Shown piece after piece: positions 22,901 through 33,428 of a stretch of DNA of 64,000 bases. Under the pieces are notes generated by a model. The model saw only the letters and a program-made list of their open reading frames with translations, was not told where the DNA came from and did no database searches. Every line of letters starts with the position of its first letter. Position 1 is the stretch's first letter. The position numbers were made by a program, and so were the translations under genes. The stretch covers positions 4,960,001 to 5,024,000 of the forward strand of contig JBLDXI010000042.1 in NCBI GenBank assembly GCA_047495785.1. Reading direction: 5' to 3'. This DNA comes from Lepidodermella squamata (lineage: Eukaryota; Animalia; Gastrotricha).

Positions 22901-25900
22901 GTCTTCCTCACGGAGTGACGACGGCTGCGCTTGTGGCTGCGGGTCTTCCTCACGGAGTGACGACGGCTGCGCTTGTGGTGGCTCTTCTTGGTCGAGCTGG
23001 AGCTGCGCTTGTGGCTGCGGGTCTTCCTCACGGAGTGACCACGGCTGCGCTTGTGGCTGCGGGTCTTCCTCACGGAGTGACGACGGCTGCGCTTGTGGTG
23101 GCTCTTCTTGGTCGAGCTGGAGCGGCGCTTGTGGCTGCGTGTCTTCCTCACGGAGTGACGACGGCTGCGCTTGTGGTGGCTCTTCTTGGTCGAGCTGGAG
23201 CGGCGCTTGTGGCTGCGTGTCTTCCTCACGGAGTGACGACGGCTGCGCTTGTGGTGGCTCTTCTTGGTCGAGCTGGAGCTGCGCTTGTGGCTGCGGGTCT
23301 TCCTCACGGAGTGACGATGGCTGCGCTTGTGGCTGCGGGTCTTCCTCACGGAGTGACGACGGCTGCGCTTGTGGCTGCGGGTCTTCCTCACGGAGTGACC
23401 ACGGCTGCGCTTGTGGCTGCGGGTCTTCCTCACGGAGTGACCACGGCTGCGCTTGTGGTGGCTCTTCTTGGTCGAGCTGGAGCGGCGCTTGTGGCTGCGT
23501 GTCTTCCTCACGGAGTGACGACGGCTGCGCTTGTGGTGGCTCTTCTTGGTCGAGCTGGAGCGGCGCTTGTGGCTGCGTGTCTTCCTCACGGAGTGACGAC
23601 GGCTGCGCTTGTGGTGGCTCTTCTTGGTCGAGCTGGAGCGGCGCTTGTGGCTGCGTGTCTTCCTCACGGAGTGACGATGGCTGCGCTTGTGGCTGCGGGT
23701 CTTCCTCACGGAGTGACGACGGCTGCGCTTGTGGTGGCTCTTCTTGGTCGAGCTGGAGCTGCGCTTGTGGCTGCGGGTCTTCCTCACGGAGTGACGATGG
23801 CTGCGCTTGTGGCTGCGGGTCTTCCTCACGGAGTGACGACGGCTGCGCTTGTGGCTGCGGGTCTTCCTCACGGAGTGACGATGGCTGCGCTTGTGGCTGC
23901 GGGTCTTCCTCACGGAGTGACCACGGCTGCGCTTGTGGTGGCTCTTCTTGGTCGAGCTGGAGCGGCGCTTGTGGCTGCGTGTCTTCCTCACGGAGTGACG
24001 ACGGCTGCGCTTGTGGTGGCTCTTCTTGGTCGAGCTGGAGCGGCGCTTGTGGCTGCGTGTCTTCCCGACGGAGTGACGACGGCTGCGCTTGTGGTGGCTC
24101 TTCTTGGTCGAGCTGGAGCGGCGCTTGTGGCTGCGGGTCTTCCCGACGGAGTGACGACGGCTGCGCTTGTGGCTGCGGGTCTTCCTCACGGAGTGACGAC
24201 GGCTGCGCTTGTGGTGGCTCTTCTTGGTCGAGCTGGAGCTGCGCTTGTGGCTGCGGGTCTTCCTCACGGAGTGACGACGTCTGCGCTTGTGGCTGCGGGT
24301 CTTCCTCACGGAGTGACGACGGCTGCGCTTGTGGTGGCTCTTCTTGGTCGAGCTGGAGCGGCGCTTGTGGCTGCGGGTCTTCCTCACGGAGTGACGACGG
24401 CTGCGCTTGTGGTGGCTCTTCTTGGTCGAGCTGGAGCGGCGCTTGTGGCTGCGGGTCTTCCTCACGGAGTGACGACGGCTGCGCTTGTGGCTGCGGGTCT
24501 TCCTCACGGAGTGACGACGGCTGCGCTTGTGGTGGCTCTTCTTGGTCGAGCTGGAGCTGCGCTTGTGGCTGCGGGTCTTCCTCACGGAGTGACCACGGCT
24601 GCGCTTGTGGCTGCGGGTCTTCCTCACGGAGTGACGACGGCTGCGCTTGTGGTGGCTCTTCTTGGTCGAGCTGGAGCGGCGCTTGTGGCTGCGTGTCTTC
24701 CTCACGGAGTGACGACGGCTGCGCTTGTGGTGGCTCTTCTTGGTCGAGCTGGAGCGGCGCTTGTGGCTGCGTGTCTTCCTCACGGAGTGACGACGGCTGC
24801 GCTTGTGGTGGCTCTTCTTGGTCGAGCTGGAGCTGCGCTTGTGGCTGCGGGTCTTCCTCACGGAGTGACGATGGCTGCGCTTGTGGCTGCGGGTCTTCCT
24901 CACGGAGTGACGACGGCTGCGCTTGTGGCTGCGGGTCTTCCTCACGGAGTGACCACGGCTGCGCTTGTGGCTGCGGGTCTTCCTCACGGAGTGACCACGG
25001 CTGCGCTTGTGGTGGCTCTTCTTGGTCGAGCTGGAGCGGCGCTTGTGGCTGCGTGTCTTCCTCACGGAGTGACGACGGCTGCGCTTGTGGTGGCTCTTCT
25101 TGGTCGAGCTGGAGCGGCGCTTGTGGCTGCGTGTCTTCCTCACGGAGTGACGACGGCTGCGCTTGTGGTGGCTCTTCTTGGTCGAGCTGGAGCGGCGCTT
25201 GTGGCTGCGGGTCTTCCTCACGGAGTGACGACGGCTGCGCTTGTGGTGGCTCTTCTTGGTCGAGCTGGAGCGGCGCTTGTGGCTGCGGGTCTTCCTCACG
25301 GAGTGACGACGGCTGCGCTTGTGGTGGCTCTTCTTGGTCGAGCTGGAGCTGCGCTTGTGGCTGCGGGTCTTCCTCACGGAGTGACGACGGCTGCGCTTGT
25401 GGCTGCGGGTCTTCCTCACGGAGTGACGACGGCTGCGCTTGTGGTGGCTCTTCTTGGTCGAGCTGGAGCTGCGCTTGTGGCTGCGGGTCTTCCTCACGGA
25501 GTGACGATGGCTGCGCTTGTGGCTGCGGGTCTTCCTCACGGAGTGACGACGGCTGCGCTTGTGGCTGCGGGTCTTCCTCACGGAGTGACCACGGCTGCGC
25601 TTGTGGCTGCGGGTCTTCCTCACGGAGTGACCACGGCTGCGCTTGTGGTGGCTCTTCTTGGTCGAGCTGGAGCGGCGCTTGTGGCTGCGTGTCTTCCTCA
25701 CGGAGTGACGACGGCTGCGCTTGTGGTGGCTCTTCTTGGTCGAGCTGGAGCGGCGCTTGTGGCTGCGTGTCTTCCTCACGGAGTGACGACGGCTGCGCTT
25801 GTGGTGGCTCTTCTTGGTCGAGCTGGAGCGGCGCTTGTGGCTGCGGGTCTTCCTCACGGAGTGACGACGGCTGCGCTTGTGGTGGCTCTTCTTGGTCGAG

Positions 25901-26745
25901 CTGGAGCGGCGCTTGTGGCTGCGGGTCTTCCTCACGGAGTGACGACGGCTGCGCTTGTGGTGGCTCTTCTTGGTCGAGCTGGAGCTGCGCTTGTGGCTGC
26001 GGGTCTTCCTCACGGAGTGACGACGGCTGCGCTTGTGGCTGCGGGTCTTCCTCACGGAGTGACGACGGCTGCGCTTGTGGTGGCTCTTCTTGGTCGAGCT
26101 GGAGCGGCGCTTGTGGCTGCGGGTCTTCCTCACGGAGTGACGACGGCTGCGCTTGTGGCCGCTCGATCTTGCATGTCTCCTCGCAGAGCGACTGTAATAG
26201 AGGGATGTCAGTACTTTCTCTTAACGATGAAATCATGAGAGGCAAGCTTTTTCCTATGTAAGGAAATTTTTCTCATAACATTGTATTACACATTATAAGG
26301 GGGACCCTTATTATTATCCCCTTTCGGCAATGTCCATATTCTACACTGCAAGTTAATTAAGGTAAAGGACTCGGCTCTATTAGAGATATTTATGACCACG
26401 CTGACTTGCGGAGGGGTTAATATAAGTGGCCTTGTATTACGCGCTTTCTCTGTACATAATAGCATACTCACGTGTTAACCGGTCCTCGACGAGGTGTTAT
26501 TTCGAATTCACGTAGAATGTCCATGAGACATTTTATTTCTTCGCTGCAGTTTTCGCAGCCGTTTTCCTGATTTTCAACACTCCTGGTGAGTTTCCCCAGC
26601 AAAGAGCTGTTTTCATTCCGCCGATGGGACCTGATAAAGAGAGTAACAGTAAAAAAGCTTTTCCTTGGCGAACTTTTTACCTGGAGGCTGCTAAGGCTGC
26701 AACTGAGATTACAACGGCTGCAAAAAGCAGCCACTTAGAAGCCAT
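16982..26745 (-). CDS. Gene C: secreted giant R/K/H/S-repeat protein with Ser-rich region and acidic QEPDEVTITEW tail (about 2650 aa; longer if the duplicated segment is spliced in)
   Basis: Exons 26745-26681 (MASKWLLFAAVVISVAALAAS), 26630-26472 (GCENCSEEIKCLMDILREFEITPRRGPVN), 26191-20519, 20465-20370, 19001-17280 and 17225-16982. All introns are phase-2 GT-AG and the total of 7959 nt is a multiple of 3. Confidence 0.85.
17350..18250 (-). repeat. 51/60/69-bp coding repeats (SETRQKSAGKSV(Q/K)...)
   Basis: Recurrent CCTGCAGA(C/T)TTCTGACG motif in the penultimate exon of gene C. Confidence 0.9.
19162..20314 (-). repeat. Tandem duplication (1153-bp offset) of the 3' end of gene C's giant exon, the following intron, the 96-bp exon and part of the next intron
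   Basis: The non-repetitive part, 19162-19570, matches 20315-20723. The junction is at CGGGT|CATAAT. Confidence 0.9.
20725..26160 (-). repeat. Coding array of 42-bp (TRSHKRSRRHSVRK) and 78-bp (TRSHKRRSSSTKKSHHKRSRRHSVRK) units with higher-order blocks
   Basis: Directly visible. Rare variants (HSVGK, RRRRH, SRGH) recur in the same order in several blocks. Confidence 0.95.
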
Positions 26746-26825
26746 CACTTTAATTGAAGCTACTTAGTTACTCTCAAGAAATAAATACCTAACGATTATG
26801 AACTTATTTCTGTTCAGAATTCGTG

Positions 26826-26833
26826 CTTTATAC
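26826..26833 (-). promoter_or_regulatory. Putative TATA box of gene C
   Basis: GTATAAAG about 85 nt upstream of the ATG at 26745. Confidence 0.45.
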
Positions 26834-28407
26834 GGGCAGCAATCAATGGAACGACTGGCACACTCAGGTCATTTAGTTTTTTCTCGTGTCATTTTTCTTT
26901 GCACCTTAACTGCCGATTCTCAGGTAAATTCTTAAACCTTCAAGGCCTGCAAGTTGTCTGTTGTCACGCGCTTTTCTTAATGTCGCATCCAATTTGGAAC
27001 AGCTGGAATGCATCTGTCATGTGATGTATTGCGCGATAATTTTTCATTTATTACCGGCCACACTGCGCCCACACTGTTTGGCCATCTTCGTTTCAAGAAT
27101 TATAAGCTACGCTAATACGCAGCTGGAAAAGTGATACGGTTTTCCACAAGGGGTGGCCTAAGTTGTGTAGTCTGAAAATGAGTTTGTGTAACCTCTCAAA
27201 ATGGCAAAGTGTCATCTAGAATTTGTGTGCGCGCCACCTTAATCTTCGAAGTGTAAACAAAACCAAGAAATCGCCACCTAATCTTGAATTATGTCAACAA
27301 AACCTTGAAAACGCAGCGCTGAACTTGAAAGCGCCTCCGAAGACTGTAAATCGTAACCCCCCGCGCCCATGAAATTGTCAACTTTTTCAGAGAAATTGTA
27401 AACTAAACCCTAGCCAACAGAAACTAATGGAAAAAAGGCAAAAAGAGAAGGCGGTTCGGATGAGTCATAGGTAGATAGGTAGATGGGTAGATAGCGCCTA
27501 GTTTGGCCAGGCGTGACCACGGGCCGAATCAGAAAATCAGATAATCAGAAAACAAGTACCTGAGGTAACCGAGGAGCGGTTTACCGTGATCCTCATTCGT
27601 GATGTTAAAAGACCATTGCGATAAGTAATGACTGCGATACTCCCCTCCGCTTTTGAAAGTTGGAAGGCAACGGTAGCTCACCAAATGAGGCTATACGGCT
27701 AGGCCCTAATAGAGCTTAAGCTATATCCAACGTCACAATAGATAACATCAGATTTTTAAGGATTGAGGACATAAGGAAAGTTTGCGATTAGAATGTCTTA
27801 GAATGAAAGGTGACTACCTACTAGTCAAGCGAACATGCATAGACACCCCTCTAAGGCCTGGCAGAGGTAGTATGGCAGGCCCAGCCTAGGATGTGATTAT
27901 TGATTATTGCAACCAAGGACAAAGCATGCTCAAAGTAAGCAAGAAATCTTGAATATTATAAGAATTTCATAAGCGTCTACAATGAAATTGAGGAGGGCCT
28001 TTGGCATTTATTCGCGAACTTCTGGTCTCCATGTCACAGGGAACGGAATCTACTTGACTTGTTACTCTCGCTGTTGTTAAAACTGTATTGTATGCCTTAC
28101 CAAAGCAAAACGACGATAAATAAAACCAAATGCTGACGATTTTGATGACTCGAATTCCGTGTGAGTTTTGATATTTGATTTCGAAATCAGGAAATGTTTT
28201 CAGTGAGAGCGCGCTGCGATTTTGATTTGATTTCAAATTAAACCCACAAAACTGGTCAGAATTGCTATTTTTACAAACAGAACGAAAACTTATAGTTGCC
28301 TTTATTATTGGATCATTTCCATCTAATGTGCATTGATTCAACCCGAAACCCCTTCTTTCACCGGAAAAGTTAGTCAGCTATTACATATCGGTCACTTTGC
28401 GGAAATT

Positions 28408-31400
28408 TCAAGCCTGGACTTCTTCTGTCCACTCGGTAACAATGACCTGGTCGGGTTCCTGGTGAACAGTATCGAAATACTCGACAGAATACTCGACTCC
28501 GTCATCGCTTGATCCACCATCAGAGCTGTTGGCGCTCGCGGAGCTCGATGAAGCAGAAGAGTGGCGAGAAGTACCCTTGCTGCGCCTAACTCCGGTCTTT
28601 GAAGACTTTCTCACGACCCTTCAATTAGAAACAGCAATAAATTACTTTAATTGTGACATCAAAAAGTCACCTTCGGCTGGAAGTCTTCTTTCCGCTGCGG
28701 ACAGAGCTTCTGCTTCTAGAATGGCTGGACCTGATGCCAACGGGATGGTGAGTTAATGTTAATATCTGAAATTTGAAAGCATGCAGCCTTACCGCCTCGA
28801 TGAGCTGCCATGGCTCGATGACGCAGAAGAGTGACGAGCAGTACCCTTGGAATGGCCGTGCCTAACTCCGGTCTCTGAAGACTTGCTCACGACCCTTAAT
28901 TTAGAAACAGCAATCACTTATGTGCATGCAACGTGACATCAAAAAGTCACCTGTGGCCGGAAGACTTCTTTTCGCTGCGGACAGAGCTGCTTCCGGAATG
29001 GCTAGACCTGATGTCATGACGATAATAGGTTGAAAATCTTTGAAAGTGTGCGAATTTTGAAAACATGCAGTCTTACCGCCTAGATGATGATGAATGACCG
29101 CGAGACGCAGACCTCCTGACTTTGTGAACTGTGCGGCGGCGATGAGAGCGCGTGGACCGGCTAGTGACGCGCTTCCTAGCGGTTCTGCGACGCCTAAAAA
29201 TAATTACAGAGATAATTACTCTCAGCGTTGACTTTGAAACCAACTTGTGACGGGAGCGGCGCGTAATCTTCCGGCGAGAGCTATTTTTGCCTGAGGAGCT
29301 GCGAGAGTGGGAGATTGCTGAACGATTGGAAACAGAGTGGCCACGGATCTGAGAGCTGGCGTGCTTCGAATGAGAACGACGAGAAAGCGCAGCTCCCGTG
29401 TGACGGGACTGACGAGAGTGGGAGCGTTTAACAATCTCAGTAGAGGAACGGCGATGATGACGACGGCTTGTGGTGACGCGCTTGGTCGAATGGCTAAGAG
29501 CGTATGAAGAATAACAATCATTTGACAGCTTTCGCAGAAGCAACTTACAGTTTCCTCGAACGGCTAGATGACGTGCGAGAATGGTGACGGCTCTTCACAG
29601 AGCGATGGCTGCGGCGGTGGCTCTTCTTGCCCTTGCGAACTGAGCGACGAGAACGGCGGTGGGAGCGCTTTCCATGACGGCTCTTCACAGAGCGATGGCT
29701 GCGGCGGTGGCTCTTCTTGCCCTTGCGAACTGAGCGACGAGAATGGCGGTGGGTGCGCTTTCCATGACGGCTCTTCACAGAGCGATGGCTGCGGCGGTGG
29801 CTCTTCTTGCCCTTGCGAACTGAGCGACGAGAACGGCGGTGGGAGCGCTTTCCATGACGGCTCTTCACAGAGCGATGGCTGCGGCGGTGGCTCTTCTTGC
29901 CCTTGCGAACTGAGCGACGAGAACGGCGGTGGGTGCGCTTTCCATGACGGCTCTTCAAAGAGCGATGGCTGCGGCGGTGCGTGCGCTTTCCATGACGGCT
30001 CTTCACAGAGCGATGGCTGCGGCGGTGGCTCTTCTTGCCCTTGCGAACTGAGCGACGAGAACGGCGGTGGGTGCGCTTTCCATGACGGCTCTTCACAGAG
30101 CGATGGCTGCGGCGGTGGGTGCGCTTTCCATGACGGCTCTTCACAGAGCGATGGCTGCGGCGGTGGCTCTTCTTGCCCTTGCGAACTGAGCGACGAGAAC
30201 GGCGGTGGGTGCGCTTTCCATGACGGCTCTTCAAAGAGCGATGGCTGCGGCGGTGCGTGCGCTTTCCATGACGGCTCTTCACAGAGCGATGGCTGCGGCG
30301 GTGGCTCTTCTTGCCCTTGCGAACTGAGCGACGAGAATGGCGGTGGGTGCGCTTTCCATGACGGCTCTTCACAGAGCGATGGCTGCGGCGGTGGCTCTTC
30401 TTGCCCTTGCGAACTGAGCGACGAGAACGGCGGTGGGAGCGCTTTCCATGACGGCTCTTCACAGAGCGATGGCTGCGGCGGTGGCTCTTCTTGCCCTTGC
30501 GAACTGAGCGACGAGAACGGCGGTGGGTGCGCTTTCCATGATGGCTCTTCACAGAGCGATGGCTGCGGCGGTGGCTTTTCTTGCCCTTGCGAACTGAGCG
30601 ACGAGAACGGCGGTGGGAGCGCTTTCCATGACGGCTCTTCACAGAGCGATGGCTGCGGCGGTGGCTCTTCTTGCCCTTGCGAACTGAGCGACGAGAACGA
30701 CGGTGGGTGCGCTTTCCATGACGGCTCTTCACAGAGCGATGGCTGCGGCGGTGGGTGCGCTTTCCATGACGGCTCTTCACAGAGCGATGGCTGCGGCGGT
30801 GGCTCTTCTTGCCCTTGCGAACTGAGCGACGAGAACGACGGTGGATGCGCTTTCCATGACGGCTCTTCACAGAGCGATGGCTGCGGCGGTGGCTCTTCTT
30901 ACCCTTGCGAACTGAGCGACGAGAACGGCGGTGGGAGCGCTTTCCATGACGGCTCTTCACAGAGCGATGGCTGCGGCGGTGGCTCTTCTTGCCCTTGCGA
31001 ACTGAGCGACGAGAACGGCGGTGGGAGCGCTTTCCATGACGGCTCTTCACAGAGCGATGGCTGCGGCGGTGGGTGCGCTTTCCATGACGGCTCTTCACAG
31101 AGCGATGGCTGCGGCGGTGGCTCTTCTTGCCCTTGCGAACTGAGCGACGAGAACGGCGGTGGGTGCGCTTTCCATGACGGCTCTTCACAGAGCGATGGCT
31201 GCGGCGGTGGCTCTTCTTGCCCTTGCGAACTGAGCGACGAGAACGGCGGTGGGAGCGCTTTCCATGACGGCTCTTCACAGAGCGATGGCTGCGGCGGTGG
31301 CTCTTCTTGCCCTTGCGAACTGAGCGACGAGAACGGCGGTGGGAGCGCTTTCCATGACGGCTCTTCACAGAGCGATGGCTGCGGCGGTGGCTCTTCTTGC

Positions 31401-33328
31401 CCTTGCGAACTGAGCGACGAGAACGGCGGTGGGTGCGCTTTCCATGACGGCTCTTCACAGAGCGATGGCTGCGGCGGTGGGTGCGCTTTCCATGACGGCT
31501 CTTCACAGAGCGATGGCTGCGGCGGTGGCTCTTCTTGCCCTTGCGAACTGAGCGACGAGAACGGCGGTGGGTGCGCTTTCCATGATGGCTCTTCACAGAG
31601 CGATGGCTGCGGCGGTGGCTCTTCTTGCCCTTGCGAACTGAGCGACGAGAACGGCGGTGGGTGCGCTTTCCATGACGGCTCTTCACAGAGCGATGGCTGC
31701 GGCGGTGGCTCTTCTTGCCCTTGCGAACTGAGCGACGAGAACGGCGGTGGGAGCGCTTTCCATGACGGCTCTTCACAGAGCGATGGCTGCGGCGGTGGCT
31801 CTTCTTGCCCTTGCGAACTGAGCGACGAGTACGGAGGTGGGAGCGCTTTCCATGACGGCTCTTCACAGAGCGATGGCTGCGGCGGTGGGTGCGCTTTCCA
31901 TGACGGCTCTTCACAGAGCGATGGCTGTGGCGGTGGGTGCGCTTTCCATGACGGCTCTTCACAGAGCGATGGCTGCGGCGGTGGCTCTTCTTGCCCTTGC
32001 GAACTGAGCGACGAGAACGGCGGTGGGTGCGCTTTCCATGACGGCTCTTCACAGAGCGATGGCTGCGGCGGTGGGTGCGCTTTCCATGACGGCTCTTCAC
32101 AGAGCGATGGCTGCGGCGGTGGCTCTTCTTGCCCTTGCGAACTGAGCGACGAGAACGGCGGTGGGTGCGCTTTCCATGATGGCTCTCCACAGAGCGATGG
32201 CTGCGGCGGTGGGTGCGCTTTCCATGACGGCTCTTCACAGAGCGATGGCTGCGGCGGTGGCTCTTCTTGCCCTTGCGGACTGAGCGACGAGAACGGCGGT
32301 GGGAGGTCACGCGGCTGCTCACTGAGCCACGTGTTGCTGCACGCCTATTCTTCCGTACTGTTCGGCTGTGATTAAAAACAGCGCATTACGGTTAAACCAC
32401 ATAGAACATCATCTTAAAAACAGCCCTCTTATATATTTGTATGTTATGACATGGGTAAAAAGTTTAGATGTGAACGATTTACGAAAACGGCACGTCTTTG
32501 TCGGCAGTTTTATGTCCTTTGCAGTGCCGCCTTGTATTTGAATTTCAACGGTTACCTTTTTCTACCCTAGTATTTTGAATAGAGACGACGAACTCCATCA
32601 CCAGAAAAAAAATCACCCTAATTTGGGTGATAAAAAATCGGACTTTTAGCTTGTGAAATCCCCTCAATTAGGGCCCTGTGAGTATCCTAATTCACGGATT
32701 TTCAACATTTATCTGAATTCATGCCCAAAATCACCCTAATTCATGTACAAAAATGCAGTTATTTATCTACTGAAAGCATGAATTCAGATACCGAAACTAA
32801 ATTCATGCTTTCGGTAGATAAATTCGTGTGATATTTTTTCTGGTGATAGAATATGAAGAAATAGAGACGATATATTAAGAATTCTCCTCAGCCTTCTATG
32901 AATTATACTTTCGAAGTTGTAGATGTTGATTTTAATCGGGGTTGTACACTTTAAGGAAGGATTATAAGGTTCTACATTTTCAATGATCTACGTCTTCCAC
33001 TAGCTCTAATCTCCAAGACTGTAATTTCACCAACCTGTTAACTGGTTGTCTTGGCCTGATCTCGAAATTGTTCAAAAGCTTTATAAAGCATTGTATTTCT
33101 TTGCTGCATCCTGCGCAGCTGCTATCTGAGTCTTCCGAGTTTCGCACAGCAATGGAACGCGTCAAATGACGGCTTAGGGGTCCAAGATTAGATTCAACCC
33201 TGGAAAAAATGCAAATAGTAGTAGTAGCCCAATATGTTCGAAAATATGAATGTAGCGAACCTTGCTTCCGTTGCAACCGCCGCGGCAACGGCGATTACGA
33301 CAGCTAATACGAGCTGTCGCGATACCAT
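28408..33328 (-). CDS. Gene D: secreted R/K/H/S-repeat protein, paralog of gene C, with acidic QEPDQVIVTEW tail (about 1280 aa)
   Basis: Exons 33328-33261 (MVSRQLVLAVVIAVAAAVATEA), 33199-33035 (SCAGCSKEIQCFIKLLNNFEIRPRQPVN), 32365-29549, 29493-29245, 29193-29077, 29007-28951, 28894-28793, 28730-28671 and 28618-28408. All introns are phase 2, the total of 3846 nt is a multiple of 3, and there is AATAAA at 28301-28306. Confidence 0.85.
29585..32303 (-). repeat. 90-bp coding repeat (30 aa, RRSRRSVRKGKKSHRRSHRSVKSRHGKRTH) with extra 48-bp subunits
   Basis: Directly visible tandem array; 15 of 30 residues are K/R and 4 of 30 are H. Confidence 0.95.
32597..32847. mobile_element. Small MITE in intron 2 of gene D
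   Basis: Terminal inverted repeats ATCACCAGAAAAAA / TTTTTTCTGGTGAT and an internal hairpin at 32761-32824. Confidence 0.6.
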
Positions 33329-33419
33329 TGCCTATCGAATTGATGAGCTACCAGTAACTGTTCTATCGCAAAGATCAAGTTTGTCTTCGATAAGCATATC
33401 GAGCTGCCTGTCAGCCAGC

Positions 33420-33428
33420 CTTTTATAC
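33420..33428 (-). promoter_or_regulatory. Putative TATA box of gene D
   Basis: GTATAAAAG about 95 nt upstream of the ATG at 33328. Confidence 0.5.

Noticed and set aside
19520-26261. Plus-strand GCACGGSSW and AALVAAGLPHG ORFs
   Set aside because: Shadows of the gene C repeats, confined to the array.
1-32303. CRISPR array or non-coding satellite interpretation of the repeats
   Set aside because: There are no unique spacers and no cas genes, all unit lengths are multiples of 3, and the arrays sit inside spliced eukaryotic exons.
29568-32375. Plus-strand Gly/Cys/Ser-rich 935-aa ORF
   Set aside because: Shadow of the gene D repeat exon.
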